Assembly: GCA_038087875.1 (NCBI GenBank)
Contig: JAXLNO010000385.1
Location: 620,001 to 684,000, forward strand
Direction: 5' to 3'
From: Malacoraja senta
Taxonomy: Eukaryota
Length of the DNA: 64,000 bases
The notes beneath the pieces were generated by a model, which saw only the letters and a list, made by a program, of their open reading frames with translations, was not told where the DNA came from and searched no databases. Positions 1 through 18,964 of this stretch are shown one piece after another (positions within the stretch are counted from its first letter, which is position 1; the number at the start of each line of letters is the position of its first letter). The translations under genes and the position numbers were made by a program.

Positions 1-6
1 GAGAGA

Positions 7-206
7 NNNNNNNNNNNNNNNNNNNNNNNNNNNNNNNNNNNNNNNNNNNNNNNNNNNNNNNNNNNNNNNNNNNNNNNNNNNNNNNNNNNNNNNNNNNNNN
101 NNNNNNNNNNNNNNNNNNNNNNNNNNNNNNNNNNNNNNNNNNNNNNNNNNNNNNNNNNNNNNNNNNNNNNNNNNNNNNNNNNNNNNNNNNNNNNNNNNNN
201 NNNNNN
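7..206. other. Assembly gap (200 N)
   Basis: Run of N. Confidence 0.99.
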
Positions 207-232
207 AAACTTGAATTGTTCTGCTCACTTAC

Positions 233-308
233 CAGGGACTCCAACGGCAGCAATGATCACGTACAGGATTTTCTGCACGGCGTAATATTCATAAACCTTT
301 TCCCACAT
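233..308 (-). CDS. Coding exon 1 of a GPR139/GPR142-like GPCR (exon 2 lies left of the window or in the gap)
   Basis: Minus strand reads MWEKVYEYYAVQKILYVIIAAVGVP plus 1 nt, then the donor GTAAGT at 232-227. There is an in-frame TAG upstream of the ATG. The phase-1 end fits the exon-2 starts (TG AAC) at 20551 and 64000, giving the TM1 motif GVPVN. Confidence 0.85.
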
Positions 309-388
309 TTTCTCTGCCCAGCGACATGTCCCCGTGAGCTACCGGTAATGTCTCGGAATGAAATGCTGGGGCAGAACTTTCCTGGAGA

Positions 389-395
389 TTTTATA
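389..395 (-). promoter_or_regulatory. Candidate TATA box for the GPCR exon 1
   Basis: TATAAAA on the minus strand about 80 nt upstream of the ATG at 308. Confidence 0.4.
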
Positions 396-1210
396 CCATT
401 TTCCGTCAACACCGGGACAGTGAAGTTTCAACAGAGTTTAAAAATAGAGATTTAGAAATGATTCACAAACAGATGACATCAGCCGAGTGAAATCCCTGCT
501 GAGACAGGTTTGTGATTTAATCAGGGAATTGATTGAGAAACTCCAAAGACTGGGAATTGTGGCGATAGATACTGAGGGATGGAAATTGGGAGCGGCGGCA
601 TTGTTCCAGCAAAGTGGATATTGTTTCAAACTCCATCATATCCAACTCTCCACCTCATGTTGTTTGTCTGATTTCCTTCAATCCGTTTCACTCAGCAAAG
701 CAATGCCAAATTCCAGGGACCCTCTCAGGGCTTCTGGTGCCCAGTTTGAAGGTGGACTGGACCGGGCGACCTTTGTCCACAGGTTGAGGAATTAGTTCAA
801 CACATCACCTCGGACTAAAATGCTCCCTCCCCCTCCACTCTGCTTCACCACTCAATATGATCGCGGCTTCACTGACTGTGACCTCAACCCCACACTCCCG
901 CTGACTGACCCGGGAACCATTCACTCCCTGCTTGCCTGGAATAGATCTGACTATACCATGGGACAATAACATTCTCTGCCTTCCTTCATCACCTCTGTGG
1001 AGGAACGACCCAAAGACTCACGACACTCAGAGAACAGAGACATTGCCGCCTCAGAATTGTCCTCAACCTAAATAAAACAGCGAATGATACAGCACCTCTC
1101 CCTCCTCTCTTTCTCTCACCCTCCATCCTTACTACTGTCACTCTCTCTGAACTGTTACTCTCTCTCCTACGCTCTCTATTCCCCTTCCCTGGGCTGCCCT
1201 CTCTTGGTCC

Positions 1211-4200
1211 ACTGATGGGGTGACACACAGTGGGATAGTGCTGATGGATGGACAAAAATGGGGCAGAATTGACGCAGTGACACACTGTGGTGGAACTGAT
1301 GGAGGGAAACACTGTGGTGGTACTGATGGAGGGACACACTCTGGTGGTACTGATGGAGGGACACACTGTGGTGGTACTGATGGAGGGACACACTGTGGTG
1401 GTAATGATGGAGGGACACACTGCTGTGGTACTGATGGAGTGACACACTGTGGTGGTACTGATGGAGGGACACACTGTGGTGGTACTGATGGAGGGACACA
1501 CTGTGGTGGTACCGATGGAGGGACACACTGTGGTGGTACTGATGGAGGGACAAACTGTGGTGGTATTGATGGAGGGAAACACTGTGGTGGTACTGATGGA
1601 GGGACACACTGTGGTGGTACTGATGGAGGGACACACTGTGGTGGTACTGATGGAGTAACACACTGTGGTGGTACTGATGGAGGGACACACTGTGGTGGTA
1701 CTGATGAAGGGAGACACTGTTGTGTTCTGATGGAGGGACACACTGAGGTGGTACTGATGGAGCGACACTGTGGTGGTACTGATGGAGGGACACACTGTTG
1801 TGTTCTGATGGAGGTACACACTGTGGTAGTACTGATGGAGGGACACACTGTGGTGGTACTGATGGAGCGACACTGTGGTGGTACTGATGGAGGGACACAC
1901 TGTTGTGTTCTGATGGAGGGACACTGTGGTGGTACAGATGGAGTGACTAACTGTGTGGTACTGATGGAGTGACACACTGGTGGGACTGACGGTGAAACAC
2001 TGTTGTGTGCTGATGGAGGGACACTGTGCTGGTACTGGTTGAGTGACACACTGCGGAGGTACTGATGGAGGGACACTGTGGTGGTACTGATGGAGGGGCG
2101 CATTGCGGAGGTACTGATGGAGCGACACTCGGGGGGTACTGATCGAGTGACACAATATGTGGTGGTATTGATGGAGGGGCGCACTCGTGTGGTACTGATG
2201 GAGCGAAACACTGTTGTGTACTGATGGAAGGACACTGTGGTGGTACAGATGGAGGGACACACTGTAGAGCAGTACTGATAGAGTGAACACTGTGGGGTAG
2301 TACAGATAAAGTGATACAATTTTGTGTAGTACTAATGATGCGACATTGTGTGTTGTACTAATGGACTGACACACTGTGGGTAGTACAGATGGACTGACAT
2401 TCTGTGAGGTGTTACTGATGGAGGATCACGCTGTGGTGGTACTGATGGAGGATCACGCTGTGGTGGTACTGATGGAGTGATACACTGTGGAAGAACTGAT
2501 GGAGGATCACGCTGTGGTGGTACTGATGGAGGTCACGCTGTGATGGTACTGATGGAGTGACACACTGTGGTAGAACTGATGGAGTGACACACTTTGTGGT
2601 CCTCTTTATGGAATAACACACTGTGGAGTAGTCCTGGTGGAGTAACAATCGTCGGGGGAGTAACAAACGTCGGCCTAGTAATGATGATGTGGCACACTAT
2701 GGGGTCGTACTGGGTCAGACACACGGTGGGGTGGTGCTGATGGAGTGATAAACTGCGGGGGAGTACTGATGGGCTGACACTCTGCGGAGTAGTACTGATA
2801 AAGTGATCAAATGTATGGCAGCACTGATGGAGTGACACTTGTAGGGTAGTCCTGATGGAGTGACAGATGTCGGAGTGGTACTGATCGAGTGGGCACTGTG
2901 GGGTAGCACTGGTGGAGTGATAACATGTGAAGTAGATCTGATGGAGTGAAACACTGAGGGATTGTACTGATGAAGTCACAGAAATAGTTGGATAGTGCTG
3001 ATGGAGTATCACACTGTGGTGGTACTGATGGAATGATACATTGTGTAGCGGTACCGATGGAGTGACACACGATGGTGGTATTGATGGTGTGACACTGTGG
3101 TGGAACTGGTGGGGGGACACACTGAGCTGGTACTGATGGAGGGACACACTGTGGTGGTACTGATGGAGGGAAATACTGTGGTGGTACTGATGGAGGGACA
3201 CACTGTGGTGGTACTGATGGAGGGAAATACTGTGGTGGTACTGATGGAGGGGACACACTGTGGTGGTACTGATGGAGTGACACACAGTGGAGGTACTGAT
3301 GGAGGGACACACTGTGGTGGTACTGATGGAGGGACACACAATGGTGGTACTGATGGAGGGACACACTGTGGTGGTACTGATGGAGGGACCACGTTGGTGG
3401 TACTGATGGAGGGTCACACTGTGGTGGTACTGGTCGAGTGACACACTGTGGTGGTACTGATGGAGGGACACACTGTGGTGGTACTGATGGAGTGACACAC
3501 TGTGGAGAGGTACTGATGGAGGGACACACTGCTGTGGTACTGATGGAGGGACACACTGTGGTGGTACTGGTGGAGTGACACACTGTGGAGAGGTACTGAT
3601 GGAGGGACACACTGCTGTGGTACTGATGGAGGGACACACAGTGGTGGTACTGATGGAGGGTCACACTGTGGTGGTACTGATGGAGTGACACACTGTGGTG
3701 GTACTGATGGAGGGACACACTGTGGTGGTACTGATGGAGGGACACTGGTGGTACTGATGGAGGGACACACTGTGGTGGTACTGGTGGAGGGACACACTGT
3801 GGTGGTACTGATCGAGTGACACACTGTGGTACTAGTGATGGAGTGACACACTGTGCTAATACTGATGGAGGGACACACTGTGAGGTGGTAAGGAAGGATT
3901 GACACACTGTGGGCAAGCACTGATATACTAACACATTGTCGGGTAGTACCATTGGAGTGACACTGTGGAGTAGTACAGATGGAGTGATACACTGTAGGGT
4001 AGTACTGATAGAGTGATGCACTGTGTGCAAGTACTGATGTAGTGGCATACTGTGGGATAGAACTGACGGGGTGACATTGAGGCATAGTACTGATGGACTG
4101 TCACTGTGTGACAGGGCTGATGGAATGGCACACTGTAGGATAGTTCTGATCGAGTGACAAACTTCCGGTTATTACTGATGGACTGACACAATGTGTGGAA

Positions 4201-5430
4201 CTACAGATGGGGAGACATACTGGGGAGCCTCACTGATGGACTGACAATTTGTGGTAGCACTGATGGAGTGACACACACTGGAGTAGTCCTGATGGAGAGA
4301 CAAACGTCGGGGTGGTACTGATGGTATGATACACTATGAAGTCGTACTGGGACTGACACACTGTAGGGTAGTGCTGATGGAGTGATAAACTGTGGGGAAG
4401 TGCTGATGGAGTGACACACTGCGGAGTATTACTGATGAAGTGATCAAATGCATGGCAGCACTGATGGAGTGATACACTGTAGTGTACTCATGATGGAATG
4501 ACAATCTTCGGTGTGGTACTGATGGAGTGACACACTGTAGGGTAGCACTGATGGAGTGGTAACATGAGCTAGTTCTGATGGAGTGACACACTGAGGGGTA
4601 CTACTGATGAAGTCACAAAACAGTGGGGTAGCGCTGATGGAGTGACATACTTTGGTGAAGTACTGATGGAGAGACACCCAGAGGTAGTATTTTTGGAATG
4701 ACATGCAGTGGGGTAGTACTGATGGAGTAATACACTGTGGGGTAGTACAGATGGAATGGCACACTGTAAGGCAGTACTGGTGGAGTGACACACTGAGTGG
4801 GAGAATTTATGGAGGGACACACTGTAGGGTAGTACAGATGGAGTGACACGCTATGGTGAATGTCTGATGGAGTGATACATTGTGGGGCGGTACTCATGTA
4901 GTATCACTAGTGTGCAGCAGTACTAATGAAGTGATCAAATGTATGGTAGCACTAGTGGAGTGACACACATTACGGTAGTCATGATGGGGTGAGATACTTC
5001 GCCGTAGTACTGATGGAGAGATACACTGTGGGGCAGTACTGGTGTAGTGATAACTTGTGAGGTGGTTCTGATAGAGTGGCACACTGTGGGGCAGTACTGA
5101 TGGAGAGACACTGTGGAGTAGTACTGATGAACTGATCAAATGCATGGCAACACTGATGGAGTAATATTTATGGAATTCCCTGCCACAGAGGGCCGTGGAG
5201 GCCAAGTCACTGGATGGATTTAAGAGAGAGTTAGATACTCTAGGGGCTAGTGGAGTCAAGGGATATGGGGAGAAGGCAGGCACGGGTTATTGATAGGGGA
5301 CGATCAGCCATGTTCACAATGAATGGCGGTGCTGGCTCGAAGGGCCGAATGTTCACCTCCTGCACTTATTTTCTATGTCTCTATGATAGAGTGACACACT
5401 GTGGTGTGGTACTGATGGAGTGACATAATC
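1211..5430. repeat. 27-bp minisatellite (ACTGATGGAGGGACACACTGTGGTGGT)n with homogeneous cores and degenerate flanks
   Basis: Visible tandem units; near-perfect at about 1270-1950 and 3100-3830; a remnant at about 5895-5945. Confidence 0.95.
5168..5385 (+). mobile_element. CR1 LINE 3' fragment inserted in the minisatellite
   Basis: Reads WNSLPQRAVEAKSLDGFKRELD, followed by the CR1 3'UTR and CTATG-type tail. Confidence 0.85.
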
Positions 5431-5446
5431 TGGGCTAGTACTTATA

Positions 5447-5891
5447 ATGACAGATTTTCATATCGTTTCAAGGATTCTTTCCTTTAGTCACAATGATTGA
5501 AGACAGGGGTTCAGGAGATAATCGAAACGCATTCACGAGATCTCCACGAGACATTGAATGCCGTCGAAATATAAATCTTCCAAACACAGTCTCTTGATTA
5601 ATAGTTTCTTTATTGTAGTAGTAAAAACAGTAAGATATTCATCCAAACTTCTTCTTGTATAAATACATTTTGATCTTACTCATGGTTAAACTCGGGGATG
5701 GTTGAAAGCTGTGACCTCCCCGCATGCTTCTTCAAACTAAACTAAAACTACTAGCAAGTCTGTGCGATAATCCCAGTCGCAAAACGCCTCAGACTACGTA
5801 TAAATCCCACCCTTTTAATTACAGGCACATAAAATAGAAAGGTAACTGGTTATAGTTATAACATACTGAGTTAAGCTAAATGGCTGATACA
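5447..5891 (-). mobile_element. Possible solo LTR interrupting the minisatellite
   Basis: About 450 bp AT-rich insert between minisatellite units, with TG...CA ends and a minus-strand AATAAA near 5610. No clear TSD. Confidence 0.35.
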
Positions 5892-5947
5892 ATACTGGTG
5901 TACTAATATATTGTGGGGTAGTACCGATGGAGTAACCCACTGGGGAT

Positions 5948-6700
5948 AAACGGTAGCGAATTGAGGAATGCAGTTGAACAGAGGGATCTAGGAATAACTG
6001 TGCATAGTTCCCTGCAGGTGGAATCTCATGTAGATAGGGTGGTAAAGAAAGCTTTTGGTGTGCTGGCCTTTATAAATCAGAACATTGAATATAGAAGTTG
6101 GGATGTAATGTTAAAATTGTACAAGGCCTTGGTGAGGCCAATTCTGGAGTATGGAGTACAATTTTGGTCGCCTAATTTTAGGAAGGATGTCAACAAAATA
6201 GAGAGAGTACAGAGGAGATTTACTAGAATGTCGCCTGGGTTTCAGCAACTAAGTTACAGAGAAAGGTTGAACAAGTTAGGTCTTTATTCTTTGGAGCGCA
6301 GAAGGTTAAGAGGGGACTTGATAGAGGTCTTTAAAATTATGAGCGGGTTAGACAGAGTGGACGTGGATAAGCTTTTCCCATTGAGAGTAGGGAAGATTCA
6401 AACAAGGGGACTTGACTTGAGAATTAAGGGACAGAAGTTTAGGGGTGACATTAGGGGGAACTTCTTTATTCAGAGAGTGGTAGCTGTGTGGAATGAGCTT
6501 CCAGTGGAAGTGGTGGAGGCAGGTTCGATGTTATCCTTTAAAAATAGATTGGATGAGTATATGGACGGGAAAGGAATGGAGGGTTATGGTCTGAGTGCAG
6601 GTAGATGGGACTAGAGGGAAGTTTTTTAAAAAAAGAAAGAAAAAAAATGTTTGTCACGGACTTGAAGGGGCGAGATGGCCTGTTTCCGTGCTGTTATGGT
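5948..6700 (+). mobile_element. CR1 LINE (lineage B), ORF2 C-terminal part and 3'UTR
   Basis: ORF 5961-6614 has RDLG, LYKALVRPILEYGVQFWSP, LERRRLRGDLIE and WNELP; near-identical to 54610-55340. Confidence 0.93.
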
Positions 6701-7405
6701 AATACACGAGTGATTGGAAGTAGGCATGCAGGTGCAGCAGGCAGTGAAGAAAGCGAATGGTATGTTAGCATTCATAGCAAAAGGATTTGAGTTTGGGAGC
6801 AGGGAGGTTCCACTGCAGTTGTACAGGGTCTTGATGAGACCACACCTGGAGAATTGCGTACAGTTTTGGTCTCCTAATCTGAGGAAATACATTCTTGCCA
6901 TCGAGGGAGTACAGAGAAGGTTCACCAGACTGATTCCTTGGATGGCAGGACTTTCATATGAAGAAAGACTGGATAGACTCGGCTTGTACTCGCTAGAATT
7001 TAGAAGATTGAGGGGGGATCTTATAGAAACGTACAAAATTCTTAAAGTGTTGGACAGGCTAGATGCAGGAAGATTGTTCCCGATGTTGGGGAAGTCCAGA
7101 ACAAGGGGTCACACAGTTTAAGGATAAGGGGGAAGTCTTTTAGGACCGAGATGAGAAAAAACATATTTCACACAGAGAGTGGTGAATCTGTGGAATTCTC
7201 TGCCACAGAAGGTAGTTGAGACCAGTTCATTGGCTATATTTAAGAGGGGGTTAGATGCGGCCCTTGTGGCTAAATGGATCAGGGGGTATGGAGAGAAGGC
7301 AGGTACAGGATACTGAGATGGATGATCAGCTATGATTGTATTGAATGGCGGTGCAGGCTCGAAGGCCCGAATGGCCTCCTCCTGCACCTATTTTCTATGT
7401 TTCTA
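6701..7405 (+). mobile_element. CR1 LINE (lineage A), 3' fragment
   Basis: ORF 6714-7121 has QVQQAVKKANGMLAFI and LEFRRLRGDLIETYK, followed by the CR1 3'UTR. Confidence 0.92.
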
Positions 7406-7448
7406 TATTTGTTTATATTTCTTCCTCTCACATGCAGTATATGAGATT

Positions 7449-8240
7449 GAAGGTACACAAAAATGCTGGAGAAACTCAGCGGGTGCAGCAGCATCTATGG
7501 AGCGAAGGAAATAGGTAACGTTTCGGGCCGAAACCCTTCTTCAGACTGATAGGGGGTGGGGAGAAGAAAGGAAAAAAGGAAAAGGAGGAGGAGGAGCCCG
7601 AGGACTGGGGGAGGGGCGGAGACAACCAGATGGCTGATGAAGGGGAGGGGACAGCCAGGGCTAGCAGAATTGGGAGAATTCAACGTTCAGGCCACCAGGA
7701 TGTAGACTGCCCAAGCGGAATATGAGGTGCATTTCCTCCAATTTACGGTGTTGCTCGCTGTGGCCATGGAGGAGACCCAGGACAGAGAGGTCAGATACGG
7801 AATGGGAGGGGGAGTTGAAGTGCTGAGCCACCGGGAGTTCAGGTTGGTTATTGCGGACCGACCGGAGGTGTTCGGCGAAACGATCGCCAAGCCTCCGCTT
7901 GGTCTCACCGATGTAGATCAGCTGGCATCTAGAGCAGCGAATGCAATAGATGAGGTTGGAGGAGATGCAGGTGAACCTCTGTCGCACCTGGAACGACTGC
8001 TTGGGTCCTGGAATGGAGTGGAGGGGGGAAGTGAAGGGACAAGTGTTGCATCTCTTGCGGTTGCAAGGGAAAGTACCAGGGGAGGGGGTGGTATGGGAGG
8101 GAAGGGAAGAATTGACAAGGGAGTTACGGAGGGAGCGGTCTTTGCGGAAGGCAGACATAGGGGGAGATGGGAAGATGTGGCGAGTGGTGGGGTCACGTTG
8201 GAGGTGGCGGAACTGACGGAGGATCACTTGTTGTATGTGA
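7449..8240 (-). mobile_element. Penelope-like retroelement, 3' part with GIY-YIG endonuclease
   Basis: Reads PCNRKRCNTC...NLIYCIRCSRCQLIYIGETKRRLGDRFAEH...LGSLHPGGLN. Absent at the paralogous site near 56105. Confidence 0.92.
7511..7548 (-). ncRNA. Minimal type I hammerhead-ribozyme-like motif in the Penelope terminal region
   Basis: CUGAAGA, stem II GGGU-UUCG-GCCC, GAAAC-GUUA. Stem I is weak. Confidence 0.55.
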
Positions 8241-8425
8241 TGGCCACGAAGGCAGGCATAAAGAGCCTCCCAGGTCGTCGCTGAGTGCATGTCCAGAATA
8301 TTATTAATTTCCATAAAGGTGTCTATTTGTTGAGAAATATATATTTTGAGGGACTCCCTAGATAGCAACGGAGGATCAACCTGCCAAGTGCGTCGAGGTC
8401 TCGGGCAGTCCAGGCAGCCTATATC
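8241..8425 (-). mobile_element. L1/Tx1-clade LINE ORF2 fragment (post-endonuclease region)
   Basis: Reads WQVDPPLLSRESLKIYISQQIDTFMEIN...WEALYACLRG. Confidence 0.65.
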
Positions 8426-8454
8426 TCGTTGCACACGGCTGTGGTAAAAAATAA

Positions 8455-9552
8455 CAATACTTTCTCTCTTCTTAATGATGTTCCAAACAGTTGATTTTGG
8501 TAATCCTAAGGTTTGGCTGATGTCTCCAACAGTTTTATTCTTGTTTCTCAGTCTCATAATGATTTCTTTCACTTTCATTGGCACAACTTTGGTCCTCATG
8601 TTGATAAACAGCACTAAAGGTTTCCAAAGGTGATGGAAAGACTAGAGGAAAGACTAGGTGCTGAGAGCTCTCTCATACCTGCATTAAGTCACGTCAAGTC
8701 ACATTTATTTATATAGCACATTTAAAAAACAACTCTCCTTGGCCAAAGTGCTTTTGTTATAAGAATAGTATAAACAAGCAAACTACATACATATATACAT
8801 ATAGCCCTCGCTCAGAGGACGTCAAGAAAGGCTTGGGAGTATAGATAATTTTTTAGTCTTGACTTAAAGGAGTCGATGGAGGGGGCAGTTCTGATGGGAA
8901 AGGGGATGCTGTTCCACAGTCTAGGAGCTGCAACCGCAAAGGCGCCGTCGCCCCTGAGCCTATGCCTAGACCGCGGGATATTCAGCAACCCCAAGTCGGC
9001 CGGTCTGAAGGGCCTGGAGGTGGAGTGGTGGGTGAGAAGACTTTTAATGTAGGTGGGGGCAAGCCCATTGAGGGCTTTGTAGACATAGAGGAGGATCTTG
9101 AAATGTAGACGGAATCGCACAGGGAGTCAGTGGATCGGGGTGATGTGGTCCCTTTTTCGGGTGCCCGTCAGGAGTCTCGCTGCAGAGTTTTGGACCAGTT
9201 GCAGGTGGGACAGGGAAGATTGGCTGATGCCAGTGTGAAGGGAGTTGCAGTAATCTAGGCGGGAGGAGATAAATGTGTGGATGATCTTTTCGAGGTCACC
9301 AAAGTGTAGGAATTGTTTTATTTTAGCTATCGTCCGAAGGAGGCAATTAAACACACCCGAGCAATTCCAAACTCCGTGTGTCGCAAACATTATGGTGCCT
9401 TGAAATGGACGGACTATGCATAAACACAGCTGCAATTTCTACATGTTGAAATCAAGATGTATAAAAATACCCTTTAATAAAACCTGACAATGTGCACTTT
9501 AACCACATGTGATTTTTTTCTATTACAAATCTCAAATTGTGGAGTACAGAGA
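8455..9552 (-). mobile_element. Tc1/mariner 5' fragment (transposase N-terminal HTH plus leader), split by an L2 insertion
   Basis: Reads MRTKVVPMKVKEIIMRLRNKNKTVGDISQTLGLPKSTVWNIIKK at about 8460-8600. The leader resumes at about 9337. Confidence 0.8.
8686..9336 (-). mobile_element. L2-clade LINE 3' fragment
   Basis: Reads SRLDYCNSL, LQLVQNSAARLLT, FKILLYVYKALNGLAP and AFAVAAPRLWNS, with a (TTGAC)n tail. Confidence 0.88.
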
Positions 9553-16726
<7,174 letters not shown>

Positions 16727-16794
16727 GCCTGCTCAATAAGAAATGGTTACGATCTTCAAGTTCCTTGGAATTAATATTACCAATGATTACCAAG

Positions 16795-17010
16795 TCTGAC
16801 TCCATCAAAACGATAGCAGGCAGCCTTGGATGCCTAACCTACTTAGTCAAACCGCATGTCAAAAAACTTGGCGTGATATTTGACTCCGCATTGAAGTTTG
16901 ACAAGGAAGTCAACGCTGTGGTAGAAGTTGGATTCTTCCAGCTTCGTACAATAGCTAAAACCAAATCCTTCCTCAAATTCGACGACATTGAAAAAAAACA
17001 TCCACGCATT
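16795..17010 (+). mobile_element. L2 LINE RT C-terminal fragment
   Basis: Reads [31 protein letters not shown]. Confidence 0.75.
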
Positions 17011-17171
17011 CACGCTGCTCCCGTCCGGCTAAAGGTACAGAGGCTTGAACGAACGCACCACCACACTAAGAAACCTCATTTCCCCCTCTGCTATTATGTT
17101 TCCTGACGGTCCTTCCACAAGCCATGAGTACGCGATTCACCACTTCCCCAACGTGGACAGCTGACTTGGTC

Positions 17172-17505
17172 TTTAGTTTTATTTAGTTTTAGTTTTAGAG
17201 ATGCAGCCCAGAAACAGGCCCTTCGGCCCACCGGGTCGGCGCCGACCAGCGATCCCCGCACATTAAAACTATTCTACTCCCACTAGGGACCATTTTTACA
17301 TTTTCCTCAAGTCAATTAACCTAGAAACCTGCACGTTTTTGGAATGTGGGAGGAAACCGAAGATGTCGGAGAAAACCCACGGAGGTCACGGGGAGAACGT
17401 ACAAACTCCGTACAGACAGCACCCGTAGTCGGGATCGAACCCGGGTCGCCGGCGCTGCATTCGCTGTAAGGCAGCAACTCTACCGCTGCACCACCGTGAC
17501 CGCCC
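17172..17505 (-). mobile_element. tRNA-derived V-SINE (HE1-like)
   Basis: A-box TGGTGCAGCGG, B-box GGTTCGATCCC, V-domain-like core GTTTGTACGTTCTCCCCGTG..GGTTTCCTCCCACA, CR1-like tail and (CTAAAA)n. Confidence 0.85.
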
Positions 17506-18051
17506 TTCTATGGGGCTAATACGCTGCAATGCGAAGGACTAGATTCTAACAATCTTCCCTCTTGATCGATCAAATGACCTTGTTTTTTATATGATTGTGT
17601 TTATTTATTTATTGAACAGCCTTTTTTGTTCCAATAACGGGTAAAACAAACCTTTTCGATTTAACGCGGTGCACACAAGAATAATAAACACAAATCTACA
17701 TTCTGCACCATGGTATTATTTTCTTAACAATGTCATGTGTACTTATGTATCGAATATAGACATGTACAACTATGGGATTGATTGGGGACGATAGGCCATG
17801 ATCACAATGAATGGCGGTGCTGGCTCGAAGGGCCGAATGGCCTCGTCCTGCACCTATTGTCTATGATTCTATGCAACACAGGGAAAGGCAAAGTCTGGGT
17901 CGAACATAATGTCAAGATAAATTAATGTAATCTGCTTACTCAAATTGATGGAGATCTCTCAGGTTTTTGCATATCCACATGCCCATACAAATGCCTCATA
18001 AACCCCATTGATACCAACAGCCTCCACCACCGACACGAGAAGAACATTTCA

Positions 18052-18320
18052 ATAGACAATAGAACATAGGTGCAGGAGCAGGCCATTTGGCCCTTCGAGC
18101 CAACACCGCCATTCAATGTGATCATGGCTGATCATCCCCAATCAGTACCCCGTTCCTGCCTTCTCCCCATATCCCCTGACTCCGCTATTTTTAAGAGCTC
18201 TATCTAGCTCTCTCTTGAAAGATTCCAGAGAACCGGCATCCACCGCCCTCTGAGGCAGAGAATTGCACAGACTCACCACTCTCTGTGAGAAAAAGTGTTT
18301 CCTCTTCTCCGTTCTAAAAA
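18052..18320 (-). mobile_element. CR1 3' fragment
   Basis: Reads RKHFFSQRVVSLCNSLPQRAV, followed by the 3'UTR. Confidence 0.85.
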
Positions 18321-18477
18321 AATTCAGGCATCGGTCACCCTCTTCATAGAGAAACATGCCCCACACATCTCAATTGAACTCTGCCCTCTTCCATCCAGCC
18401 TTTGCATTTTCACCAACATGCTAACATTTCAACGCCCTCTCCAAATCCTTTGCATCCTGCAGCGGGGGGCAGTTCAG

Positions 18478-18640
18478 TACTCAATGGGTCAGGCAGCATT
18501 TGTGATGCGGATAGAGAGCCGTTGTTTCTCGATGGGCTATTCCCCCAGATCTTCATGGTTCCGATACAAAACGCCGTCTGTCCATTCTCTGCACAGTTTC
18601 TGCTCGACTCGCAGATTTGCTCCATCAATTTGTGTTTTCC
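18478..18640. mobile_element. Degenerate foldback repeat resembling Penelope terminal sequence
   Basis: Arms (GGGTCAGGCAGCAT... and ...CGTCTGTCCATTC..GCTCGACTCGC) resemble 7455-7545. Duplicated at about 61930-62092. Confidence 0.4.
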
Positions 18641-18759
18641 ACGCATTGTTTACGTCGGATTCAGATCATCTGCGGCAAATGTAACGTCGTCAGGTATGAT
18701 GAGAAATGCAGCCGTCAACTGATGACAGAAAAGGTTTGTCAGAACCCGAAGTGTGCCAG

Positions 18760-18957
18760 TGCCTGTCCCACTGTACGAGGTAATTCAAGAGCTCTCCCGA
18801 GTGAAAAAAAATCAAACTCGTGGTAAGCACGATGAATGTACGTAGCGGGTACGTCGGAGCTCGGGACGTCTCTTAGCGGCTCGTACCGATAACGGCAGGT
18901 ACTAGGGAAACGCGGTAAGCTCGTGAAGGCTCGTGAAGATTTTTCCACACGTTGAAA
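18760..18957 (+). mobile_element. Truncated Harbinger-like MITE (one arm)
   Basis: Starts with CTGTCCCACT, similar to the TIR at 39094. Confidence 0.5.
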
Positions 18958-18964
18958 CGAGAAG

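Noticed and set aside
216..795. ORFs 216-455 (+), 438-629 (-) and 487-795 (+)
   Set aside because: No recognisable homology; they overlap the antisense strand or promoter region of the GPCR exon 1.
989..4897. Mucin-, Pro- or His-rich ORFs ([23 protein letters not shown])
   Set aside because: A 27-bp unit is open in several frames on both strands, with no splice or domain evidence.
17400..17505. tRNA gene (also about 60860-60960)
   Set aside because: The A/B boxes belong to a SINE head that is followed by a V-domain and LINE tail.
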